A DNA stretch of 53,983 nucleotides from an uncultured Saprospiraceae bacterium (lineage in GTDB: Bacteria > Bacteroidota > Bacteroidia > Chitinophagales > Saprospiraceae). The stretch lies in the NCBI GenBank assembly GCA_964596135.1, contig CAZQTF010000001.1:1-53983 (forward strand), given 5' to 3'. Each line of letters begins with the position of its first letter. The first letter of the stretch is position 1. The notes beneath the pieces were generated by a model, which was not told the origin of the DNA, ran no database searches, and worked only from the letters and a program-made list of their open reading frames with translations. A program made the position numbers and the translations under genes. This document shows, in pieces, positions 47,517-53,983 of this stretch.

Positions 47517-48143
47517 ATGAATCAAATAGGATTTATTTTAGCAAAATTGAATATGACCAGTCTTTTGGCGCTTGATGAACAACTCTTTCACATTATCAAC
47601 TGGAATTGGCAAAATCCTTTTCTGGATGCAATCGTGCCGGTTTGGCGCGATAAAAAAACCTGGATACCACTGTATCTGATTATTGCCGGCTTTGTGTGGT
47701 ATAAGTTCAGAATCAAAGGATTGTACCTGGTCCTGGCGCTGGCGCTCACGGTAGGCATTGCGGATAACGTCAGCAGTCAGTTGCTCAAAAAAACGGTCAA
47801 ACGGATACGCCCCTGCAATGATGGCACGCTTCCTTTTGAGGTACACGTTCCGATTCCCTGCGGAAGCGGCTACAGCTTTACTTCGTCGCATGCAACCAAC
47901 CACTTTGCTATTGCAACTTTTTTGAGCATGACCCTTGGATTTTATTATAAAAAAATAAAATTGCCGCTGTATCTCTGGGCAGCCACAATAGCGCTGGGGC
48001 AGGTGTACGTAGGCGCCCACTACCCGCTGGACATTATCTGCGGCGCGTTGCTGGGATCACTTATCGCTTTTTTATTGGCGAAATTATATTTGCATTTTAA
48101 GGAAATAAGCATTGTAAATCAACCAAATACACCGATAGCCTGA
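47517..48143 (+). CDS. PAP2 family phosphatase
   Basis: The three PAP2 motifs are present: KKTVKRIRP, SFTSSH and VYVGAHYPLD. The track start (47505) is TTG and the first ATG is at 47517. Confidence 0.8.
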   Translation: MNQIGFILAKLNMTSLLALDEQLFHIINWNWQNPFLDAIVPVWRDKKTWIPLYLIIAGFVWYKFRIKGLYLVLALALTVGIADNVSSQLLKKTVKRIRPCNDGTLPFEVHVPIPCGSGYSFTSSHATNHFAIATFLSMTLGFYYKKIKLPLYLWAATIALGQVYVGAHYPLDIICGALLGSLIAFLLAKLYLHFKEISIVNQPNTPIA

Positions 48144-48874
48144 TGGCAGTCTGGCAATATGCAGTTTTATTTTTCACCGTGTTAGCGGGCGGTGGCGTTG
48201 CATTTTTGATAAAAAAATACAATCCGGCAAACCTGCGCCTGGTGTTGTCTTTTAGCGGGGCTTACATACTGGGAATCAGCATCTTGCATCTGATGCCCGG
48301 CGTGTATGCGCAATCAGATATGCGTGCTGGCATGTGGATTCTGCTTGGTTTTTTTATCCAGCTTATGCTGGAACAATTGTCGAAAGGCGTGGAGCACGGA
48401 CATGTGCACGTACACGAATACGGAAAATTCACCTACTCGATCATGCTGGGGCTTTGCCTGCATGCTTTCCTGGAAGGGCTTCCACTCAATGATTACAAGG
48501 CTTTCCATCAGTTGCATCACGGGCTCGGTCATGATGATAATCACCTCTTTTACGGCATCATTATGCACAAAGCGCCAGCGGCTTTTGCGTTGGTGATTCT
48601 GCTGATCTGGTCGAAAGTCAAACGCTCGCTGATCTGGCTCAGCCTAACCATTTTCGCCATCATGTCGCCTCTCGGAGCGTTTACGGCTTCGCTGTTTTCA
48701 ATAAATGTAGCAACTGTGACCAATCTGGTGGCACTGGTTATCGGTTCGTTTCTGCATATTTCAACCACGATTTTATTTGAAGCCGACGATAGTCATCAGC
48801 ACCGTATTCCCTGGAAAAAAATGCTGGTGCTCATGGCGGGGCTGGGCATAGCACTCTTAACACTTAAAGGATGA
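48143..48874 (+). CDS. ZIP family metal transporter
   Basis: 243 aa and polytopic, with a His-rich loop VEHGHVHVHE and the motifs HAFLEGLPL and HKAPAAFAL. The ATG overlaps the PAP2 stop (TGATG). Confidence 0.8.
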   Translation: MAVWQYAVLFFTVLAGGGVAFLIKKYNPANLRLVLSFSGAYILGISILHLMPGVYAQSDMRAGMWILLGFFIQLMLEQLSKGVEHGHVHVHEYGKFTYSIMLGLCLHAFLEGLPLNDYKAFHQLHHGLGHDDNHLFYGIIMHKAPAAFALVILLIWSKVKRSLIWLSLTIFAIMSPLGAFTASLFSINVATVTNLVALVIGSFLHISTTILFEADDSHQHRIPWKKMLVLMAGLGIALLTLKG

Positions 48875-49941
48875 CACGAACGGAGCAATACATGCAGCGT
48901 TGCTTTGATCTGGCGCGACTGGGCGCGGGCAACGTTTCTCCCAATCCTATGGTGGGGGCTGTGCTGGTGCACAACGACCGTATTATCGGGGAAGGTTTTC
49001 ATCAGCGATATGGCGAAGCTCACGCAGAAGTCAACGCCGTGCGCAGCGTACAATCTGCCGATCGGCATTTGATTTCAAAAGCTACTTTGTACGTATCGCT
49101 GGAACCGTGCAGCATTTTCGGTAGAACGCCGCCCTGCACCAATCTAATTATCAGCCAGCGCCTTCCCAAAGTCGTCATTTCCTGTTTAGATCAAACACCG
49201 GGCGTAGCCGGTATGGGGGTGCAAATTCTCCGCGAGCATGGCGTGGAAGTCATCACCAGCGTACTCGAAGCCCAAGGCAAAGAACTGGCGCGCTTCCGCA
49301 ATCATTTTGTGACCAGCGAGCGTCCCTACGTTATTCTGAAATTTGCACAAAGCATCAATGGATACATTGGATTGCCCGATAAACAAATCTGGCTCAGCAA
49401 TGCTTTTTCTAAACGCCTGGTACACAAGTGGCGCAGCGAACTCGATGCCATTCTGGTAGGTACGCAAACTGCTTTGACCGATAATCCTCAACTCAATAAT
49501 CGCCTGTATTTTGGCAAATCGCCCCTGCGCATTGTGCTCGACCGCGACCGGAAACTGCCGCCGCATCTGCATCTTTTCGACGGCTCTCAACCTACTCTGA
49601 TCGTAACCAACACTCCCTCCGACATTCAACATCCAACATCCAAAAGCCAGCAACCAGTAACCAACCTCCAATACCTTTCGCTTGACTTCGGCGATGACAT
49701 GTTGTCATCCCTTCTTCGACATTTGCACCAGCAAAAAATCACCACCCTGCTCGTGGAAGGTGGCGCGCGCCTGCTGCAAAGTTTTATTGACGCTAAGCTT
49801 TGGGATGAAGCATTTGTCTTTCAAACCAATCGTGTGTTGACAAATGGAATTCCTGCCCCGCATCTACCAGCCGCATCAGCCAGCTCTTATTTTCTAGGAA
49901 ACGAACAAATAATTCGTTATCGAAATGGCGAAATCCGTTAA
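48871..49941 (+). CDS. ribD: bifunctional riboflavin biosynthesis deaminase/reductase RibD
   Basis: The deaminase zinc motifs are HAEVNA and LEPCSIFGRTPPC, and a C-terminal reductase domain follows. It overlaps the ZIP gene stop (ATGA). Confidence 0.9.
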   Translation: MTRTEQYMQRCFDLARLGAGNVSPNPMVGAVLVHNDRIIGEGFHQRYGEAHAEVNAVRSVQSADRHLISKATLYVSLEPCSIFGRTPPCTNLIISQRLPKVVISCLDQTPGVAGMGVQILREHGVEVITSVLEAQGKELARFRNHFVTSERPYVILKFAQSINGYIGLPDKQIWLSNAFSKRLVHKWRSELDAILVGTQTALTDNPQLNNRLYFGKSPLRIVLDRDRKLPPHLHLFDGSQPTLIVTNTPSDIQHPTSKSQQPVTNLQYLSLDFGDDMLSSLLRHLHQQKITTLLVEGGARLLQSFIDAKLWDEAFVFQTNRVLTNGIPAPHLPAASASSYFLGNEQIIRYRNGEIR

Positions 49942-50037
49942 ACTTATTTTAAAGTACGGCAGAAGCATCATAAGCGGTTTTTTGTTTTTGTTTCTTAGTT
50001 ATTAGATTTGCTTTCAAATATCAAACAAGTGATAAGA

Positions 50038-50601
50038 ATGAAAAGGATAAGTGTCGCTCTGATCGTAGCAATTCTCTGGAGCACCTTTTTGACAAGTGCT
50101 ATCAAGGCACAAGAAACTACACAAAAAGAAAAAATTAACTGGCTGAGTTGGGGACAGGCAACCGACGCTCAAGCAAAACAAGAAAAGAAAATACTTTTGA
50201 ATGTGTACACCGAATGGTGCACCTGGTGCAAACGTATGGATGAAACGACATTGCAACAGCCTGAAATTGCCAAGTTTCTGAATCAGAATTTTTATTCTGT
50301 CAAATTTGATGCCGAACAAAAAGAAAGCCTTCAATACAAGGATAAAACCTATAAATATATTAAAAATGGCAGTAAAGGCTACCACGAATTAGCTGCTGAA
50401 TTACTTAAGGGGAGACTGAGCTTCCCGTCAATTGTTTTTCTGGATGAAAACATGGACGTCATTCAGTCCATTTCCGGCTTTAAAAGCCCAGAGGAATTCG
50501 AGCAAATCGTAATCTATTTTGCGAAAGATTATTACAAATCAACTCCATGGTCTTCTTTTGTCAAATCCTACAAGCCAATATTAGTAAGCGACAAACACTA
50601 A
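50038..50601 (+). CDS. secreted thioredoxin-fold protein
   Basis: The track starts at TTG 50008, and ATG 50038 gives the signal peptide MKRISVALIVAILWSTFLTSAIKAQ. The CxxC motif is WCTWC. Confidence 0.75.
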   Translation: MKRISVALIVAILWSTFLTSAIKAQETTQKEKINWLSWGQATDAQAKQEKKILLNVYTEWCTWCKRMDETTLQQPEIAKFLNQNFYSVKFDAEQKESLQYKDKTYKYIKNGSKGYHELAAELLKGRLSFPSIVFLDENMDVIQSISGFKSPEEFEQIVIYFAKDYYKSTPWSSFVKSYKPILVSDKH

Positions 50602-50617
50602 GGCCTGTAAAATAGAT

Positions 50618-50659
50618 AGAGATGTATTGACACACAAGCATCAATACATCTCTCCTTTT
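50618..50659. terminator. bidirectional hairpin terminator between convergent genes
   Basis: agagatgtattga (50618-50630) pairs with tcaatacatctct (50641-50653), giving a 13-bp perfect stem with a 10-nt loop. cttttt follows. Confidence 0.7.
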
Positions 50660-50670
50660 TAAATCGCAAC

Positions 50671-52260
50671 TTAACGCTTTCTTCTCCTCGTTGTCGAGCC
50701 GCCTATTCCAAGCACGCCGAGCAATCCCCGGGTGAGTTCCCGGGCAATCGTTCTGCCAATCTGACGAGTCGTCGGGCTATCAATGATTTCCTCAAAAGTA
50801 CTCTTCTCTCTCCGGCGCGATGTACTCCGCGTACCAGTTGTTCTTGTTTTTGCCGCTTCTTCCTGCTGCTTCCGCAATTCCTCTTGCTTCTCTGCTTCAA
50901 AAGCTTCTTCCATCTTCCTGGTCAAAATATCGTGCGCACTCTCGCGATCTATCAACGCATTGTATTTTCTCACCAATTGCGAGCGCCCAACGACATTATC
51001 AATTTCAGCATCGGTCAATACATCCATGCGCGACTGTGGCGCGCGCAGCATAACGTGTGCCAGTGGCGTAGGAATGCCTTTTTCATTCAGCACAGTAACC
51101 AACGCTTCCCCGATACCGAGCTGTGTAATAATATCTTCTACATTATAAAATTCGGAAATAGGATAATTCTCTGCCGCGAGCTTAATCGCTTTGCGATCTT
51201 TGGCGGTAAAAGCGCGCAATGCGTGTTGCACTTTCAACCCTAACTGCCCCAGCACGCTCTCCGGGATGTCCGCCGGATTCTGCGTCACAAAAAACACGCC
51301 AACTCCTTTGGAGCGGATCAAGCGCACAATCGCTTCGATTTGATCGAGTAATGCCTTGGATGCTTCATCAAATACCAAATGTGCCTCATCTATAAAAATG
51401 GTCAGCTTCGGTTTATCCAAATCGCCGGCTTCGGGAAAGGTAGCGTAAATCTCCGCCAGCATTTGCAGCATGAAGGTGGAGAATAATTTCGGACGATCCT
51501 GAATGTCCGTCAGGCGAACAATGGAAATGACGCCCCTGCCCTGCGCATCGGTGCGGCACAAGTCGGCGACTTCAAATGATGGTTCGCCAAAAAACAAATC
51601 TGCACCTTGTTGTTCTAATTCGATAATTTTGCGCATCATCGTTCCTACCGAATCGGTACCGATTCGACCGTACACGGATTCGATTTCCGATTTGCCCTGA
51701 TCGCTGGTCAGGAATTGCAACACCTTCCTGATGTCCTGTAAATCCAATAATGGCAGATTATGATCGTCGCAATATTTGAACACCACCGACATAATGCTTG
51801 CCTGAGTGTCATTCAAGCCCAAAATACGAGAAAACAACACCGGCCCGAATTCCGTCACCGTTGCTCTTAATCTTGCGCCTTTCTCATTGGACAAGGTCAG
51901 AAATTCTACCGGACTACCCGAAGGGATAAACGGTAGTCCAATCTTACTGTGGCGATCTACAATTTTGGCGTTGCTTTCCCCTGGCATCGCAATGCCGCTC
52001 AAATCGCCCTTAATGTCCATCAGCAAAGAGGGAATGCCTTGCGCCGAGAATTGCTCTGCTAATATTTGCAGTGTTTTGGTCTTACCGCCACCGGTAGCCC
52101 CGGCAATCAGCCCGTGACGGTTAATCGTGCGCAACGGTAGTTTGACAATCGCGCCCGGTACGCACTCTCCGTCCAGCATTGCACCGCCCAACTCCAGCGA
52201 AGCGCCTTTGAAAGTATAGCCTTCCGCAATGTGTTGCAAAAACTGCTCTTGTTTCGACAT
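50671..52260 (-). CDS. HerA-like ATPase, DUF853 (YjgR) family
   Basis: 529 aa with Walker A GATGGGKT and Walker B LTIFIDEAH. The C-terminal tail is highly basic and acidic. Confidence 0.85.
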   Translation of the reverse strand: MSKQEQFLQHIAEGYTFKGASLELGGAMLDGECVPGAIVKLPLRTINRHGLIAGATGGGKTKTLQILAEQFSAQGIPSLLMDIKGDLSGIAMPGESNAKIVDRHSKIGLPFIPSGSPVEFLTLSNEKGARLRATVTEFGPVLFSRILGLNDTQASIMSVVFKYCDDHNLPLLDLQDIRKVLQFLTSDQGKSEIESVYGRIGTDSVGTMMRKIIELEQQGADLFFGEPSFEVADLCRTDAQGRGVISIVRLTDIQDRPKLFSTFMLQMLAEIYATFPEAGDLDKPKLTIFIDEAHLVFDEASKALLDQIEAIVRLIRSKGVGVFFVTQNPADIPESVLGQLGLKVQHALRAFTAKDRKAIKLAAENYPISEFYNVEDIITQLGIGEALVTVLNEKGIPTPLAHVMLRAPQSRMDVLTDAEIDNVVGRSQLVRKYNALIDRESAHDILTRKMEEAFEAEKQEELRKQQEEAAKTRTTGTRSTSRRREKSTFEEIIDSPTTRQIGRTIARELTRGLLGVLGIGGSTTRRRKR

Positions 52261-52327
52261 TGGATCGTATCAATTATAATGAATAAACGTTTATTTACAT
52301 CAATACATCAAAAAAATTATCGCATCA

Positions 52328-53239
52328 TTACATACCTCCATCCTGATTCCACTTCTTCGTTCTTAATTCGTACTTCTTTTTACTAAACTTCCACAGATCA
52401 ACATTAAAAGCACCTTCTAATGCTCGCTCGTCTGTTGCAGATAAAAATTTATGAAAAAAGTCAATATTCGTCCGCTTTTCTACCGCATCAATCGAAGTGG
52501 CGTATTTAAACAACGGCTCGTAGCTTACTTCATTAGGAATCACAAAGGCGATACCTTTGCGCTCTGGCCCGATGTTGTCAAGTATGACTTTATAATAAGC
52601 CACCGGCACCGATACTTTATTACCCCCGATTGTTCCTTTGGACGTTTCGGAAAGTACCGGGCCTGTCACAATATACAACGCTTCATTGTCCTTTGCCCAG
52701 TTGCGCGTTAGTTCTTCCAGTTCACGCCAGATGCCTTGATTGAAATTACGCACTTGCGGACTGATATTGCTCATCAGGAACGTATATTGCATGGCATCTT
52801 CACTGAAAGCCATATCCGCCGCCGACGCCAAATGCCCACGATCATAGCCCGAACCCCGGTAATCATCAGGTGTTGCCGATTTTGTCCGAATGCTGGGATC
52901 AGGCAAAAATGCATCCGACCGCTTTACCCAGGGCATATTCAGGCGTTCTGCGGTTAGTTGGTACGCAACCCACTCCGCCTGTTCGTGTTCCTCGGCATAT
53001 GATAGCACAAAATACGGATTATACACGACGTCTCCGGTGCTTGAGGTTGGTAGAAAATCAAATGCTTTGATATCCAACATTGCGACCGGCTTATCCGTAA
53101 AGCGCGCTGTCGTATTTACTTTACTGATAAACTGATTAAAAAAGTACACCATTACACTCAGGATCGCGGTAAATAATCCGATCCGCAAGATTATACCTCC
53201 TCCCGATCCTCTTGAATGATTAGTTTTCAACTGCACCAT
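52328..53239 (-). CDS. DNA/RNA non-specific endonuclease (beta-beta-alpha-Me, NUC family), membrane-anchored
   Basis: 303 aa with an N-terminal TM helix (IILRIGLFTAILSVMVYFF). It has the catalytic DRGHLAS and downstream NISPQ / NQGIW. Confidence 0.85.
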   Translation of the reverse strand: MVQLKTNHSRGSGGGIILRIGLFTAILSVMVYFFNQFISKVNTTARFTDKPVAMLDIKAFDFLPTSSTGDVVYNPYFVLSYAEEHEQAEWVAYQLTAERLNMPWVKRSDAFLPDPSIRTKSATPDDYRGSGYDRGHLASAADMAFSEDAMQYTFLMSNISPQVRNFNQGIWRELEELTRNWAKDNEALYIVTGPVLSETSKGTIGGNKVSVPVAYYKVILDNIGPERKGIAFVIPNEVSYEPLFKYATSIDAVEKRTNIDFFHKFLSATDERALEGAFNVDLWKFSKKKYELRTKKWNQDGGM

Positions 53240-53395
53240 GCGTCAATTCACTTCTTTTGTGGGTAAAAGTAACAAAAAGCAGTCAGGAAATTACAGTAAA
53301 TTCGATCTGAATCGTATCGCTTTTACTCAATTTGTTGTTTCTTTGAGGATTCTACAGACATAACAAACAGCTATATTGGAGTCAGCACCATCGAA

Positions 53396-53983
53396 TATGC
53401 AACGTTCCCCACTGCGCGTGGGCATTACCGGCGGCATCGGCAGCGGCAAAACAACCGTGTGCAAGATTTTTGAAACGTTGGGCATTCCGGTTTACTACGC
53501 AGATGATCGTGCTAAGTGGCTGATGTCGCACGATCCGACGCTGATTCAGGGTATCAAAGAATTGTTTGGCAACAAGGCCTATGATGCTGATGGCAATCTC
53601 AACCGCAATCATATCGCTCAGCTTGCATTCAACGATCCGCTTATGCTGGAACAGCTCAATGCGCTGGTGCATCCGGCGGTGGCAAAGGATGGCTCTACCT
53701 GGAACACAGCACAAATAGGGGTTCCGTACACCCTACGCGAAGCTGCGCTGATTTATGAAGCGGGTATTGACAAACACCTGGATTACGTGATTGTGGTAAC
53801 GGCTCCGCTTGAAATGCGCATTCAACGCGTGGTACAGCGAGACGGTATTTCGCGTGAAGCAGTGGAAGCGCGCATTGCCCGACAAATGCCGGAAGCGGAA
53901 AAAGTACAGCGCGCTGATTTTGTCATTATGAACGATGGCGCACAACCGCTCATCCCACAGGTGGTAGCGATTCATCGAGAACT
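53396..53983 (+). CDS. coaE: dephospho-CoA kinase (3' end beyond the window)
   Basis: Not in the ORF track because there is no stop in the window. Hand translation from ATG 53396 gives MQRSPLRVGITGGIGSGKTTVCKIFETLGIPVYYADD...VHPAV...REAALIYEAG, with the P-loop and the family pattern. Confidence 0.9.

Noticed and set aside
49627-49641. A short tandem repeat, caacatc caacatc, inside ribD.
   Set aside because: There are only two copies, in frame within a linker-like insertion of RibD. It is not a repeat array.

Overview
This 53,983-bp window looks like an ordinary, densely packed core-chromosome segment of a Bacteroidota-type bacterium. The taxon call rests on three things. The gene content fits: a CarboxypepD_reg-type TonB-dependent receptor, OmpH/Skp, YidC, MlaEFD, pyruvate-phosphate dikinase and a secreted tricorn-like protease. 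TAnnTTTG-type -7 boxes lie upstream of genes. Many genes have overlapping stop/start codons and little visible Shine-Dalgarno signal. I call about 47 protein-coding genes. Two are cut by the window edges: a TonB-dependent receptor at the 5' end and coaE at the 3' end. Neither is in the supplied ORF track, so both were translated by hand. I found no rRNA, tRNA, CRISPR array, transposase, integrase, reverse transcriptase, phage or plasmid genes. No intergenic gap exceeds about 300 bp, so there is little room for a large ncRNA. Several ORF-track starts are TTG/GTG extensions, and I give the more likely start where the protein N-terminus suggests one. I could not identify a convincing self-contained novel system. 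The best leads, all of modest strength, are: (i) a SWIM zinc-finger / DUF434 / SplB-like radical SAM neighbourhood (28.8-32.5 kb); (ii) an orphan ATP-grasp ligase followed by a DUF5995 gene (38.3-40.2 kb); (iii) an orphan TRAP-type solute-binding protein directly upstream of an AAE-family (YidE/YbjL) transporter, with a 13-bp perfect inverted repeat between them (32.6-35.6 kb); (iv) cdaA translationally coupled to a GNAT gene; (v) a HerA-like DUF853 ATPase next to a membrane-anchored non-specific nuclease; and (vi) a frame disruption in the edge TonB-dependent receptor gene. All family assignments come from motif recognition by eye and need profile searches to confirm.
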